A stretch of DNA of 64,000 nucleotides, taken from positions 4,864,001 through 4,928,000 of the forward strand of contig OZ242195.1 in assembly GCA_965205975.1 (NCBI GenBank). The letters run 5' to 3'. Source of the DNA: Candidatus Latescibacterota bacterium (lineage in GTDB: Bacteria; Latescibacterota; UBA2968). The translations under genes were made by a program, and so were the position numbers. Positions 18,340-29,415 of the stretch are shown piece after piece; position 1 is the stretch's first letter, and the number at the start of each line of letters is the position of its first letter. The notes below the pieces were generated by a model. The model searched no databases, was not told the DNA's origin, and saw only the letters and a program-made list of their open reading frames with translations.

Positions 18340-20046
18340 TTACTCATCTGTAACACATCCCTCAGAAGCCGTTTTTACGTTCTTGATGTATTTGTAAAGG
18401 GTGCCGCGGTTGGCTTTGTACGGCGGTTGGGTCCAGGCTGCACGGCGTTTTTCGAGTTCTTCGGCAGAGACATCCATGTTGATCTCTCCGTTTTGGCTGT
18501 CGATGGTGATCTGGTCGCCGGTTTGGACGAGGGCGATGGGTCCGCCTTCGATGGCTTCGGGAACGACGTGGCCGATGAGAAAGCCGTGCGATCCGCCCGA
18601 AAAACGCCCATCGGTAATTAGCGCGACATCCTGTACCAGCCCCGCGCCGGCCAGTGCGGATGTGGGGGTGAGCATTTCCGGCATGCCGGGTCCGCCTTTG
18701 GGGCCTTCGTAGCGGATGATGATGACATTGCCTTTTTCGATTTTGCCCTGTTCGAGGGCGGCGAGCATGTCTTCCTCGCAGTCGAATACGTTGGCCGCGC
18801 CTTTGAATACCTCGCCTTCTTTGCCCGTGATTTTTCCGACTGAACCTTCCGGTGCCAAATTCCCACGTAAAATTTGCAGATGCCCCGTTGGCTTGATGGG
18901 GTCATTAAAGGGGCTTACGATGTCTTGCTGTCCTTCACCCGTGCCATAAGGGGGAAGGCCTTTTATATCGGCGAGATTTTCGGCAATTGTTTTGCCCGTT
19001 ACTGTCATCTGGTCGCCGTCGATGAGGTCGGCGTCGAGGAGCAATTTCATCATTGCGGGTGTCCCGCCGATGTCGTGAAGCTCTTCCATGACGTAACGCC
19101 CGGAGGGTTTGAGGTCACACAGGAGGGGTGTTTCGTTGGATATGTGTTGAAATTCGTCGATGTCGAGGTCTATGTCATAAGCTCTGGCAATGGCGAGCAG
19201 GTGGAGCACGAGATTGGTGGAGCCGCCCGTGACAACGGCGAGGCGGATGGCGTTGAGGAAGGATTGTTTGGTGACGATGTCGCGCGGTTTGAGGTCGGCT
19301 TCGAGCAGGGCGCGAACAGCGTGACCGGCGTGGATACATTCGGTGTGTTTGCCGGGGTCTTCGGCAGGTGTGCAGGAGGAATAGGGCAAGGAGAGGCCCA
19401 TGCATTCGATGGCGCTGGCCATGGTATTGGCGGTGTACATGCCGCCGCAAGCACCGGCACCGGGGCAGGCGTGTTCGACGATTTCCTGGCGTTCGGCATC
19501 GCTGAGCGAGTCTGTGAGAAATTCGCCGTAGCTTTGAAAGGCAGAGACGATGTCGAGTTTGCGTTCTTCGCCTTGAATGGTGGCGCAACCTGGTTTTATT
19601 GTGCCGCCGTAGATCATAAGAGCAGGGCGATTGAGGCGGCCCATTGCCATGACCACGCCGGGCATGTTTTTGTCGCAGCCGGGCAGTGCGATCAGGCCAT
19701 CGTACCATTGCGCGCCCATGAGGGTTTCGATGGAGTCGGCTATGAGGTCGCGGGATTGGAGGGAGAAGGACATGCCGTCTGTGCCCATGGATATGCCGTC
19801 GGATACGCCGATGGTGTTGAAGCGCATGCCAACGCACCCGGCTTCGATGACGCCTTTTTTTGTTTCGGCTGCGAGGTCGTTGAGGTGCATATTGCACGGG
19901 TTGCCTTCGTACCAGACCGAGGCGATGCCAACCTGTGCTTTGTCCATGTCGGCGCGCGTCAGTCCGGTGGCATAGAGCATGGCCTGAGATCCGCCCTGGG
20001 ATTTTCTCTGGGTGATTTGTGAGCTGTACTTATTCAGTTTTGCCAT
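18340..20046 (-). CDS. ilvD: Dihydroxy-acid dehydratase
   Basis: [49 protein letters not shown]. Confidence 0.97.
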   Translation of the reverse strand: MAKLNKYSSQITQRKSQGGSQAMLYATGLTRADMDKAQVGIASVWYEGNPCNMHLNDLAAETKKGVIEAGCVGMRFNTIGVSDGISMGTDGMSFSLQSRDLIADSIETLMGAQWYDGLIALPGCDKNMPGVVMAMGRLNRPALMIYGGTIKPGCATIQGEERKLDIVSAFQSYGEFLTDSLSDAERQEIVEHACPGAGACGGMYTANTMASAIECMGLSLPYSSCTPAEDPGKHTECIHAGHAVRALLEADLKPRDIVTKQSFLNAIRLAVVTGGSTNLVLHLLAIARAYDIDLDIDEFQHISNETPLLCDLKPSGRYVMEELHDIGGTPAMMKLLLDADLIDGDQMTVTGKTIAENLADIKGLPPYGTGEGQQDIVSPFNDPIKPTGHLQILRGNLAPEGSVGKITGKEGEVFKGAANVFDCEEDMLAALEQGKIEKGNVIIIRYEGPKGGPGMPEMLTPTSALAGAGLVQDVALITDGRFSGGSHGFLIGHVVPEAIEGGPIALVQTGDQITIDSQNGEINMDVSAEELEKRRAAWTQPPYKANRGTLYKYIKNVKTASEGCVTDE

Positions 20047-20139
20047 TGAAGATTTCCTTTCGTGGATGAACTTTGTCTTATTTTTCCGAGGTTGTAATTT
20101 AACCGAATTGTGGGAGACGTGTCAACAAGGGTGTGGAAT

Positions 20140-20649
20140 ATGGCTGACTATGTGTTGCGGGATTATTTGCGCGTGGGGCTGAATCTGGTGTTTGTGGGGT
20201 TTAATCCGAGCTTAAAGTCCGCGGAAATTGGTCATTATTACGCGGGGAGAGGCAATCAGTTTTGGCCGTTTTTGTACGAGGCCGGGCTGACAGATCGCTT
20301 GTTGGAGCCGAGGGAAGATGCGACTATTTTGGATTATAATATCGGACTGACCGATATTGTAAAGGGGCGTGCGACGCGGGGGATTGGAGATCTGACGGAT
20401 GGCGATTATGTGTCGGGTTTTGAATTGTTGCGCGAAAAGATGCAGATGTATCGACCCCGGGTGATTTGTTTTAATGGGAAGAGCGGATACGCCAAAGTGA
20501 TGGGCGGGAGGCGAGATTACGGTTTGCAAGATGAGTTGTTGGAAGGCGCGAGGCTGTTTCTCGCACCGTCAACGAGTGGTGCGCTGCCCATGCCGAGGGT
20601 TGAGAAGTTGAGGTATTATCGAGAGTTGAAGTCTCTAATAGACGAATAG
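20140..20649 (+). CDS. mug: Mismatch-specific (G:T/U) DNA glycosylase
   Basis: FVGFNPS, GHYYAGRGNQFW, GLTDIV, PSTSG. Confidence 0.9.
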   Translation: MADYVLRDYLRVGLNLVFVGFNPSLKSAEIGHYYAGRGNQFWPFLYEAGLTDRLLEPREDATILDYNIGLTDIVKGRATRGIGDLTDGDYVSGFELLREKMQMYRPRVICFNGKSGYAKVMGGRRDYGLQDELLEGARLFLAPSTSGALPMPRVEKLRYYRELKSLIDE

Positions 20650-20757
20650 ACGAATAGACGAATAGACGAACCCCGCCCTACCACCCCAAGTTAGTCCGAA
20701 CTGCGTCGTTGATTCGTTGATTCGTTGATTCGTTGATTCGTTGATTCGTTGATTCGC
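20637..20757. repeat. Element of quasi-inverted 8-mer arrays: (AATAGACG)x4 - CCCCGCCC core - (TCGTTGAT)x6
   Basis: Read directly; a related copy lies at 59397-59540. Confidence 0.9.
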
Positions 20758-20770
20758 ACAAGGAGCGAAG

Positions 20771-22180
20771 ATGAAGCGACCGAATATTTTGTTTGTGATG
20801 ACCGATGACCACACGCCGCGCGAGATGAGTAGTTATGGCAATCCGATTTTGCATACGCCCAATCTGGATCGCATTGGGAATGAGGGTACGCGGTTTAACA
20901 ATTGTTTTTCGACTAATGCGCTGTGCGCGCCTGCGCGGGGCACGGTGCTGACGGGATGTTTTTCACATGTCCACGGTATTCGGGGAAATTCTGAGAGAGC
21001 CGATGCGATTGAGTTTCTGGATCCGAATGTGCCGACGTTTCCCGAGTTGCTTCGCGCCGCGGGATATAAGACTGCGTTGTTTGGTAAATATCATATCCGG
21101 CAGGATCCGCGCGGGTTTGATACGTGGTGTATTCATCCCGGGCAGGGCGTGTATTTTGATCCGACGTATATCGACGATGGGAAGGAGGTCGTAAAGGAGG
21201 GGTATGCCACGGATATAACGACGGATATGGCGCTTGAATTTTTGAAGGGGTTGGATGGGGAACAGCCCTTTTGTCTGGTGTATCAGTTTAAGGCGCCGCA
21301 TCGGCCGTTTACGCCAGCACCCCGGCACGCGCATCTCTTCGATGATGTTGAGATTCCCCAGCCGGAGACGTATGGCGATGATTTTGCGACGCGGAAGATT
21401 GCGGCTCTGGCTGAAGATATGAAGTTTGATATTAGTCTGGCGCCTGATTACGACGATATACCTGGAGATTTGAATGAGGCGGAAAAGAAGGACTGGATTT
21501 ATCAGCGTTTTATGAAGGATCGATATCGCACGATTTACGGGGTGGATGAGAATTTGGGGCGGGTGCTGGATTATCTGGATGAGATGGGTTGGGCTGACGA
21601 TACGCTGGTGATTTACACGTCGGATCACGGGTATTTTTTGGGCGATTACGGATGGTACGATAAGCGGTTTATGTACGAGCCGTCGATTCGCATTCCGCTG
21701 GTGGTGCGTTATCCAAATGGGGGTATAAGCGGGAATGTGACCGATGCGCTGGTGATGAATGTGGATTTCGCGCCGACGATTCTGGATTTTGCAGGTGTCG
21801 AGATTCCCGAAGGCGTGCAGGGCGAGAGTTTGCGTCCGTTGCTCCAGGGGCCAGAATCCGATGATTGGCGCGAGTCTGTTTATTACGCCTATTTTGAGGA
21901 TTCGTGGGTGTTGCACGGCAAGGGGGCAGAGGCGATGTCAGAGCCGTCGTTTCAGTATTTTACGCCGCACCGCATTGGCCCGCACCGCGGCGTGCGTACG
22001 GACCGCTACAAGCTGATTGAATATTATGCCGAGGGCGATTACTGGGAGTTGTTCGATTTGCAAGAAGATCCCAATGAATTGCGAAATGTGTACGATGATG
22101 CTGTGTACGCAGATCTGGTGGGGGAGTTGAAGGCTGAGTTGCGGAGGTTGCAGGTGCAGTATGGGGATTTGGGTGTGTGA
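20771..22180 (+). CDS. Formylglycine-dependent sulfatase
   Basis: RPNILFVMTDDH, CAPAR (CxPxR), GKYH, YTSDHG. Confidence 0.95.
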   Translation: MKRPNILFVMTDDHTPREMSSYGNPILHTPNLDRIGNEGTRFNNCFSTNALCAPARGTVLTGCFSHVHGIRGNSERADAIEFLDPNVPTFPELLRAAGYKTALFGKYHIRQDPRGFDTWCIHPGQGVYFDPTYIDDGKEVVKEGYATDITTDMALEFLKGLDGEQPFCLVYQFKAPHRPFTPAPRHAHLFDDVEIPQPETYGDDFATRKIAALAEDMKFDISLAPDYDDIPGDLNEAEKKDWIYQRFMKDRYRTIYGVDENLGRVLDYLDEMGWADDTLVIYTSDHGYFLGDYGWYDKRFMYEPSIRIPLVVRYPNGGISGNVTDALVMNVDFAPTILDFAGVEIPEGVQGESLRPLLQGPESDDWRESVYYAYFEDSWVLHGKGAEAMSEPSFQYFTPHRIGPHRGVRTDRYKLIEYYAEGDYWELFDLQEDPNELRNVYDDAVYADLVGELKAELRRLQVQYGDLGV

Positions 22181-22182
22181 AG

Positions 22183-23595
22183 CTACTTTTTGGGCATGTA
22201 CACGTCGGTGGCGGAGCCGAGGTGGATTTCTGAGGCTATGCCGATGGATTCGGCGAGTGAGGGGTGCGGGTGAATGGTGTGGGCAATGTCTTCGGCGACG
22301 GCAGCCATTTCAATGGCGAGTACGCCTTCGGCGATGAGGTCGCCCGCGTTTGGTCCCACGATGCCCATGCCGAGTACGCGTTGGGTATAGGGATCGACTA
22401 TGAGTTTGGTCTGGCCTTCGATGCGCCCAATTGCATGCGCTTTCCCCAGGGCAGCCCAGGGGAAGCGCACGATATCGACTTTTCGGTCTTGTTCGCGGGC
22501 GTCGGTTTCGGTCAGGCCCACCCAGGCAATTTCGGGATCGGTGTACACTACTGAGGGTATGAGTGCGTCAAAAGACGCGGGTTCACCGGCGAGAACTTCG
22601 GCGGCGATTTTGCCTTCGTGTGCGGCTTTGTGGGCAAGGCCGGGGCCTGGAATAGCATCGCCGATTGCAAAGAGGCGGGGATCGTTTGTTCGCATCTGCG
22701 AATCGACTTCGATGAATCCGTGGTCATTGGGTTCAATGTCCGTGTTTTCAAGGCCGATATTGTCTGTATTTGGGCGTCGGCCAATGCAGAGGAGGACGCG
22801 GTCGAATATTTCGGATGTTTTCGATCCTTCGCCTTCCCAGTGTACTTCAATACCGGTATTGACTTCTTCGATATGCGTGACGCGCGTGCTGGTGTGTATG
22901 GCGCTGAATGCTTGACGCAATCGGGTTTCGAGGGGTTTGATCAGGTCGGGGTCGGTGCCGGGCAAGAGGGTGTCGGTCATTTCGACGACGGTGACGGCAC
23001 TTCCCAATGCGGCATAGACACTGCCGAGTTCGAGACCGATGATGCCCCCGCCAACGACGAGGAGGCTTTTGGGTATTTCGTCGAGGTCGAGTGCTGTTGT
23101 CGAGTCCAGGATGCGCGGTGTGTCGAGCGCGAAAATTGGGAGGGAAATTGGGCGTGAGCCCGTGGCGATGATGGCGTGTTCAAATTCTACGCGGCCGATA
23201 TCCCCTTCGCCTGTGATAGACGCGCTTTGCGAATTCTCAAATTGCGCGTAGCCCGTCAGGTGGGTAACCTTGCGCTGGCGCACCAGGCCAGACAGACCGG
23301 TCGAGAGGCGGGTGATGATGTTGTCTTTCCAGCCGCGCAGAGCGTCCAGATCGATTTTGGGATCGCCAAAGGTGAGGCCATAAGTTCTGGCTTCACTGGC
23401 TTCGGTGATGAGTTCGGCAACGTGGAGCAGGGCTTTGGATGGGATGCACCCGCGCAATAAGCAGGTGCCACCGAGGTTGTCGTCGGCATTGACGAGGGTG
23501 ACTTCCAGGCCCAGGTCAGCAGCGCGAAAGGCCGCTGTATATCCGCCGGGACCGCCGCCGATTACGAGGAGATCGGTTTTGTGCGTTTCGGCCAT
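22183..23595 (-). CDS. lpdA: Dihydrolipoyl dehydrogenase (E3)
   Basis: GGGPGG, GGTCLLRGCIPSK, HPHPSLAE; operon context. Confidence 0.96.
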   Translation of the reverse strand: MAETHKTDLLVIGGGPGGYTAAFRAADLGLEVTLVNADDNLGGTCLLRGCIPSKALLHVAELITEASEARTYGLTFGDPKIDLDALRGWKDNIITRLSTGLSGLVRQRKVTHLTGYAQFENSQSASITGEGDIGRVEFEHAIIATGSRPISLPIFALDTPRILDSTTALDLDEIPKSLLVVGGGIIGLELGSVYAALGSAVTVVEMTDTLLPGTDPDLIKPLETRLRQAFSAIHTSTRVTHIEEVNTGIEVHWEGEGSKTSEIFDRVLLCIGRRPNTDNIGLENTDIEPNDHGFIEVDSQMRTNDPRLFAIGDAIPGPGLAHKAAHEGKIAAEVLAGEPASFDALIPSVVYTDPEIAWVGLTETDAREQDRKVDIVRFPWAALGKAHAIGRIEGQTKLIVDPYTQRVLGMGIVGPNAGDLIAEGVLAIEMAAVAEDIAHTIHPHPSLAESIGIASEIHLGSATDVYMPKK

Positions 23596-23609
23596 GTGGT
23601 TTCTCCAGT

Positions 23610-24869
23610 TTATCCGCCCATGAGCATGAGTTCCGGGTTTTCGAGCGCATCGACGATTTTTCGCATGAATCGCGCACCATCGGCGCCGTCGATAACGCGG
23701 TGATCATAAGAGAGTGCCAAAGGCATGATGAGGCGGGGTTCAATGCGCCCTTCGCGCACGGTGGCTTCTTCTCTGGCGCGTCCGAGTCCCAATATTGCAA
23801 CTTCGGGGTGATTGACGATGGGGGTAAATTCGCCCACGCCCAGGCTGCCCAGGTTGGTGACGGTGAATGTGCCGCCTTGTAATTCGTCGAGGCCAATTTT
23901 GCTGGTGCGCGCGCGCTGGCTGATGTCGCCGAGTTCGAGAGCCAATTCCAGGATGTCTTTGCGATCGACGTCTTTGATGACGGGAACGAGTAAGCCGCGC
24001 TCGGTGTCAACGGCGATGCCGAGGTTGTAGTAGTGTTTGAGAATAATTTCATTGGCGCCTGTATCGAGGCTGGCGTTGAATTGCGGAAAGGTCTTGAGCG
24101 CGGTGATGATTGCTTTTAGCGCGAGGACAGTTGGCGTCAGTTTGGCTCCCAATGCTTCGGCTTTTTCTTTGTTGCGCTGCCGAAATGCTTCGAGGTCTGT
24201 GACGTCTGCGCGATCAAATTGCGTGACATGAGCCACCTGTTGCCAGGCCTGGCTCATATTTTTTGCAATGATTTGCCGAACTTTGCTGAGGGGTTGGCGT
24301 TCGATGTTGCCCCATCTCGAGAAGTCGGGCAATTCGACGGGTGCGGTTGGTACAATACCACCTGTTTGCCGGTCGCGTACAGAGGCTTTGATATCGTCTT
24401 GTGTGATGCGTCCTCCGGGGCCTGAGCCAGCGACCTGTGTGAGATCTACGCCGAGTTCTCGCGCGAGCCGCCGCGTGGATGGCGCTGCGGGAATGGGATC
24501 GCCGTTGGACGCGGGTGCAGGTGGCCTGGGAGGTGCTGGTTCGGGTGCTCTGGCGGTGGGTTCGGGTTCTTCTTTTGGTGCAGGAACTGGTGCTTCGGCT
24601 TCAGGCTCTGGAGGTGATGGGGCGGATTGTTCGCCTTCTTCAACGGAGATCAATAAGCTGCCCACGGGCACGCGGTCTCCGGCACTGATGTGTATTTTTG
24701 TGATGGTGCCAGCAACACTGCTGGGTACTTCAACGAGGGCTTTGTCGGTTTCGAGTTCGAGCACGCTCTGATCGATTTCAACGGTTTCGCCTTCGGCAAC
24801 GAGTACGCTGACAACATCGCCGGCTTCTACACCTTCGCCGAGATCGGGAAGTTTAAATTCGGTTGCCAC
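23610..24869 (-). CDS. aceF: Pyruvate dehydrogenase E2 dihydrolipoamide acetyltransferase, one lipoyl domain
   Basis: ETDKA lipoyl motif, Pro/Ala linker, DHRVIDG. Confidence 0.93.
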   Translation of the reverse strand: MATEFKLPDLGEGVEAGDVVSVLVAEGETVEIDQSVLELETDKALVEVPSSVAGTITKIHISAGDRVPVGSLLISVEEGEQSAPSPPEPEAEAPVPAPKEEPEPTARAPEPAPPRPPAPASNGDPIPAAPSTRRLARELGVDLTQVAGSGPGGRITQDDIKASVRDRQTGGIVPTAPVELPDFSRWGNIERQPLSKVRQIIAKNMSQAWQQVAHVTQFDRADVTDLEAFRQRNKEKAEALGAKLTPTVLALKAIITALKTFPQFNASLDTGANEIILKHYYNLGIAVDTERGLLVPVIKDVDRKDILELALELGDISQRARTSKIGLDELQGGTFTVTNLGSLGVGEFTPIVNHPEVAILGLGRAREEATVREGRIEPRLIMPLALSYDHRVIDGADGARFMRKIVDALENPELMLMGG

Positions 24870-24894
24870 GAGACCTCCTTAATCGCGGATTGAG

Positions 24895-27600
24895 TTAATA
24901 GTACGTCGTGACGGGGCCTGCTGATACGGGATCGACTTTCGCGGGGTCGATGCCGAGTTCGTCGATGGCTGTGGCGACTTGTTCGCGTTTGATTTTCCCC
25001 TGTTTTGCCAGGACGTGAAGCGCGGCCACAGCGATGCACTCGGCGTCAACTTCAAAATGCCGGCGCAGAGCCTGGCGCGTGTCGCTGCGCCCAAATCCAT
25101 CTGTGCCGAGGACCATCATGTCTTCGGGTACCCAGGGGCGGATCATTTCGGGCAGGGATTTCATGTAATCGGATGCGGCAACGATCGGCCCATCGGTTTT
25201 TTCGAGTACTTTGACGATATACGGCTTTTTCTTGCGCCGCGTTGGGTGCAGCATGTTCCACCGCTCGGTCTCAAGCGCGTCCCGCCGCAATTCCTTGTAT
25301 GAAGTGACGCTCCACACGTCTGCGGAAATATTGTATTCGGCGGCGAGGATTTCTTGCGCGCGCAGGGTTTCGCGAAGGATGGATGCACTGCCAAAGAGCT
25401 GAACTTTGTGCTGGCCCTGTTGCATTTCGTGCTCTTTGAGCGAATAAATGCCTTTTACAATGCCTTCTTCAACGCCTTTGGGCATGGGGGGGTGTTCGTA
25501 GTTTTCATTGCCCAGAGTCATGTAGTAATAGACATCTTCCTGTTCCTGGTACATGCGTCGGATGCCGTCCTGGATGATGATGGCAATTTCGTAAGCATAG
25601 GCCGGGTCGTAGGCAATACAGTTGGGAACAGATGAGGCCAGAATGTGGCTGTGTCCGTCTTCGTGCTGGAGACCTTCGCCGTTGAGCGTGGTGCGCCCGG
25701 CTGTTCCGCCCAATAAAAAGCCTTTGCAGCGGATATCGCCGGCCAGCCACATGAGGTCGCCCACGCGCTGAAAACCGAACATGGAATAGTAGATGTAGAA
25801 CGGGATGGTGTTGACGCCGTGCGTGGCATAAGCTGTGCCAGCGCAGATGAATGAGGACATGGCACCGGCTTCGTTGATGCCTTCTTCGAGTATTTGGCCG
25901 TCTTGCGCTTCTCGATAGTAGCTGATGTTGCCCGCGTCAACGGGTTCGTATATCTGCCCCATGTGCGAATAGATGCCGAGTTGCCGAAAGAGGGAATCCA
26001 TACCAAAGGTGCGGGCTTCGTCCGGGATGATGGGGACGAGTAGTTTGCCGATGTCTTTGTCGCGGGCGAGTTTGGCAAATAAACGCGCAAAGGCCATGGT
26101 CGTAGAAGCCTGGCGGTCACCTGTACCTTTGAAGGCTTCGTCGAATACGTCGCGCGAGGGTGCTTGAATGGGTTTGGCACGCACGCTTCGGGCGGGCAAA
26201 TATCCGCCGAGTTCGTTTCGACGTTGTTGCAGATACTGCATTTCAGGGCTGTCGTCGGGGGGACGATAAAAGGGTGCTTTGCCCACTTCGCTGTCGGAGA
26301 TGGGGATGTCAAAGCGGCGTTTGAAATCTCGCATCTCGTCTTCTTCGAGCTTTTTTTGCTGGTGGGTCATGTTGCGGCCTTCGCCAGCTTCGCCCAGACC
26401 ATAGCCCTTGATGGTTTTGGCCAGGATGACCGTTGGTGCACCTTTGTGTTCCACGGCGGCTTTGAAGGCGGCGTACACTTTTTCGGGATCGTGACCTCCG
26501 CGACGCAATTTTTGAAGTTGTTCATCCGAGAGATGTTCGACTATTTTGAGCAGGTCGGGATGAGTGCCAAAAAAGTCGCGGCGGATGTATTCGCCGGATT
26601 CGACGGTGTATTTCTGGTATTGACCATCGACGACTTCTTCCATGCGCTGCTGAAGCAGGCCCTGGGTGTCTTTTTCGAGTAGTGCGTCCCAATCGTCTCC
26701 CCATATAACTTTGATGACATTCCAGCCGGCGCCGCGAAAGACCTGTTCGAGTTCTTGAATGATTTTGCTATTGCCGCGCACGGGACCGTCGAGGCGTTGC
26801 AGGTTGCAATTGATTACAAAGATGAGGTTGTCGAGCTGTTCGCGGGTTGCCAGGCTGATGGCGCCGAGGGTTTCGGGTTCGTCTGTTTCGCCGTCGCCAA
26901 CGAAGACCCAGACTTTGGAATCGCGAGTCGATTTGAGGCCGCGGTCTTCAAGGTAGCGGTTGAAGCGGGCCTGGAAGATGCCCATGAGTGGGCCAAGTCC
27001 CATTGAGACGGTGGGAAATTGCCAGAAGTCGGGCATGAGATAGGGATGGGGATAGGAAGACAGGCCGCCGGGATTGCGGAGTTCTCGACGGAAGTTTTCG
27101 AGGTGTTCGGTGCTTAGCCGGCCTTCGAGAAAGGCGCGGGCATACATGCCGGGTGAGGCATGGCCCTGGAAGAAGACCTGGTCCCCGGAGAAATCGCCAT
27201 TGGGCGCTTTGAAGAAGTGATTTTGACCCACTTCATATAGCGTGGCAGCCGATGCAAAGGTGGAGATATGACCGCCAATGCCATCGGCTTCTTTATTGGC
27301 ACGGGTGACCATGGCCATGGCATTCCAGCGCACGAGACTTTTGATGCGGCGCTCGATTTCGCGGTCGCCCGGATAGGGCAGTTGTTTGTCGCGTGGGATG
27401 GAGTTGATATAAGGCGTATGGGATGCGAAGGGTATGTCAACGCCCAGACTTTTTTCTGCTTCTTGTTCGAGGCGGTCGAGCAAATAGCGCACGCGCTCGG
27501 GGCCGCCGTGTTGCAGAACATAAGCCAGAGATTCGATCCATTCTTCGGTTTCGATAGGATCGGTATCGCGAAATGTACCTGGTGCGACAGAATCGGCCAT
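24895..27600 (-). CDS. aceE: Pyruvate dehydrogenase E1, homodimeric type
   Basis: GGHIST, FPTVSMGLG, GDGETDE, NLQRLDGPVRGN; start moved to MADSV. Confidence 0.97.
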   Translation of the reverse strand: MADSVAPGTFRDTDPIETEEWIESLAYVLQHGGPERVRYLLDRLEQEAEKSLGVDIPFASHTPYINSIPRDKQLPYPGDREIERRIKSLVRWNAMAMVTRANKEADGIGGHISTFASAATLYEVGQNHFFKAPNGDFSGDQVFFQGHASPGMYARAFLEGRLSTEHLENFRRELRNPGGLSSYPHPYLMPDFWQFPTVSMGLGPLMGIFQARFNRYLEDRGLKSTRDSKVWVFVGDGETDEPETLGAISLATREQLDNLIFVINCNLQRLDGPVRGNSKIIQELEQVFRGAGWNVIKVIWGDDWDALLEKDTQGLLQQRMEEVVDGQYQKYTVESGEYIRRDFFGTHPDLLKIVEHLSDEQLQKLRRGGHDPEKVYAAFKAAVEHKGAPTVILAKTIKGYGLGEAGEGRNMTHQQKKLEEDEMRDFKRRFDIPISDSEVGKAPFYRPPDDSPEMQYLQQRRNELGGYLPARSVRAKPIQAPSRDVFDEAFKGTGDRQASTTMAFARLFAKLARDKDIGKLLVPIIPDEARTFGMDSLFRQLGIYSHMGQIYEPVDAGNISYYREAQDGQILEEGINEAGAMSSFICAGTAYATHGVNTIPFYIYYSMFGFQRVGDLMWLAGDIRCKGFLLGGTAGRTTLNGEGLQHEDGHSHILASSVPNCIAYDPAYAYEIAIIIQDGIRRMYQEQEDVYYYMTLGNENYEHPPMPKGVEEGIVKGIYSLKEHEMQQGQHKVQLFGSASILRETLRAQEILAAEYNISADVWSVTSYKELRRDALETERWNMLHPTRRKKKPYIVKVLEKTDGPIVAASDYMKSLPEMIRPWVPEDMMVLGTDGFGRSDTRQALRRHFEVDAECIAVAALHVLAKQGKIKREQVATAIDELGIDPAKVDPVSAGPVTTYY

Positions 27601-27856
27601 GGTAAAACCCCTTTGTTCTGGAGTGCAATTGAAATATACGCGCGTATCCAAATGTCTCTTCTGTGCGTGAAATTTACGAGGGATAATGAATTTTGTCAAA
27701 TGTATAGAATATTTCTGCGCGAGAGGAAGGCAAATTTTAAGGGAATGGATTTGTATAACATATTGTTAATTCGTAAAATGATGTTAATAGTTGACTGGTT
27801 GGTAAAGTATGATAAAAAAACAGGATGTCTTGCATTCTTCGGGGGGAGAGGAGGTA

Positions 27857-28249
27857 TTATGCGTCCGGTACTTGTTGTCCCCGATGGCAGGTCTGGCAGG
27901 TGATCTGCGTGAATTGTCCTTCTTTGAAGTCTTTGAGGATTTCGCCGTTGATTTTTTGTGTCATGGCGATCATGAGGCGCGCAACGTCTTTGCGGGGGTT
28001 TTCGTCTGATGCGAAGTCATAAGTGGATAGGGATTGGCCTTCTTCTCCTTTGTGGCAAGCGTGACAGCGCACGCCCAGTGCTTTGCTAAAGTCTTTCATG
28101 TACTGCATGAGTTGTGCTTTTTTGATGTCTTTGGGCAGGACTTTTAAGTTGGTGTAGGTGTCGGGAATTTGGGCGAAAGATGCGGTGACGATCAGAGAGA
28201 TGAGGGAACTGAGTGTGAGAATGAGTGCGATGAGTAGTGAGCGGTTCAT
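27857..28249 (-). CDS. Secreted dihaem c-type cytochrome
   Basis: Signal peptide, NLKVLP, two CxxCH motifs (CHACH, CQTCH); AAGGAGG RBS. Confidence 0.88.
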   Translation of the reverse strand: MNRSLLIALILTLSSLISLIVTASFAQIPDTYTNLKVLPKDIKKAQLMQYMKDFSKALGVRCHACHKGEEGQSLSTYDFASDENPRKDVARLMIAMTQKINGEILKDFKEGQFTQITCQTCHRGQQVPDA

Positions 28250-28260
28250 GGTGCCTCCTT

Positions 28261-29289
28261 TTATCTGTGATTTTCCAGCCATTGCAGTTGATTTGTGGGC
28301 GGAAAAGCGATGATGGGATTTTCGAGAGGTCCAATGCCTTCGAAGGTCATGCATACGCGATCGCCTTCGCGCAAGCCGCTTTCGAGGTCGTCGTCGGAAA
28401 AGACAATGGGTGTGCCCCAGTAGAGGATTTGCAGGGTGTCGGGTTCAAGGGGTAGGCGGGAAAAGAGCGATCGCTCGAGGTGAAAGAGGCCGTCGGGCAT
28501 GTTGAGATGGTTTTGTCCGGTATGCCCTTCTTTGTAGGCGATGCGCGTATTGTTGCGTATCACTTCGCATGAGACGGCTACGCTGCTGTCGTCATAAGCG
28601 GAGTCGGTGACCATCAGGGGGCCGAGGCTGGCGCAGCCGTGGGACCAGTTTTTGGCCTGGGGCAAGTTGAGCGGATTTTCGGCTTCAATGCCGTTGTCGG
28701 TGTAATCGTTGCCGCCGGTGTAGCCCAATCGTTCAATTTGACCTGTGGTGTTGAGGCCGTAAATGGTTACGAGTTCTGTTTCGGGTACAAGGCGTTGGGT
28801 GTTGTGGGGGTGCGATATACATCCGCCGTGTCTGACGAGGGCGGCAGTGTCGTTTTTGGCAAAGAGTTCGGGCGTGCCGCCCTGCGCGCATTCCCGGTAT
28901 TTTTGATCATACACGTTGACGGCGTCACCAGTGGCTTGTTTGGCTTCTATTTCGCGCAATTTGGCGCTGTCTTCATGGGTGACACCCGCCAGCCAGATCC
29001 GCAATTTGTGCGGTGCATCTGTCGGTGCAGTTACCGGGCTGATGAGGTGCGGTTGATTGGGGTCGTCCGTGTTGTTCAAGAGGTCGTCGAGTAAGAGGCG
29101 CGGCGCATTGCGGATATTGATTGATTCTACTGTGGATGCAATGCTATTTTTGTTGCCCCCGTGGCGATAGTAGAGGTCGTGAAGCGAAGCCGGGTGTGGG
29201 GCACAGGCTGTGAGGTCGAGAACATCGTCGCCTTTGACAAGTCCCAGGCGAGGTCCTTGTTCGGGTTGTGCGAATTGCAATAGTTTCAT
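28261..29289 (-). CDS. Fumarylacetoacetate hydrolase-like protein
   Basis: AGVTH, PELFAK, VPETEL, GND..IEAENPLNLPQAK pattern; start moved to MKLLQF. Confidence 0.75.
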   Translation of the reverse strand: MKLLQFAQPEQGPRLGLVKGDDVLDLTACAPHPASLHDLYYRHGGNKNSIASTVESINIRNAPRLLLDDLLNNTDDPNQPHLISPVTAPTDAPHKLRIWLAGVTHEDSAKLREIEAKQATGDAVNVYDQKYRECAQGGTPELFAKNDTAALVRHGGCISHPHNTQRLVPETELVTIYGLNTTGQIERLGYTGGNDYTDNGIEAENPLNLPQAKNWSHGCASLGPLMVTDSAYDDSSVAVSCEVIRNNTRIAYKEGHTGQNHLNMPDGLFHLERSLFSRLPLEPDTLQILYWGTPIVFSDDDLESGLREGDRVCMTFEGIGPLENPIIAFPPTNQLQWLENHR

Positions 29290-29415
29290 TAGTTGCCTCG
29301 GTGATTGTGGGATGGGAAGACAAGAATAGTTATTATTGGGACACCTGTAAAGCAGATTTATCATTCGCGATTGCGCGTTTTTTTTTGCATATTGAGGTAA
29401 AAGGAGGCGGATCTT

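Noticed and set aside
18874..20022. 382-aa ORF antisense to ilvD, and many similar long antisense ORFs (e.g. 20963-21916, 36467-37384, 38970-39818, 39823-40665, 62479-63363)
   Set aside because: Shadow frames of well-supported genes; no recognisable motifs or RBS
20637..20757. 8-mer arrays as a CRISPR array
   Set aside because: Units are contiguous 8-mers without unique spacers; no cas genes
27857..28249. Dihaem cytochrome resembling reaction-centre cytochrome family as a sign of phototrophy
   Set aside because: Small stand-alone dihaem protein with no photosynthesis genes nearby
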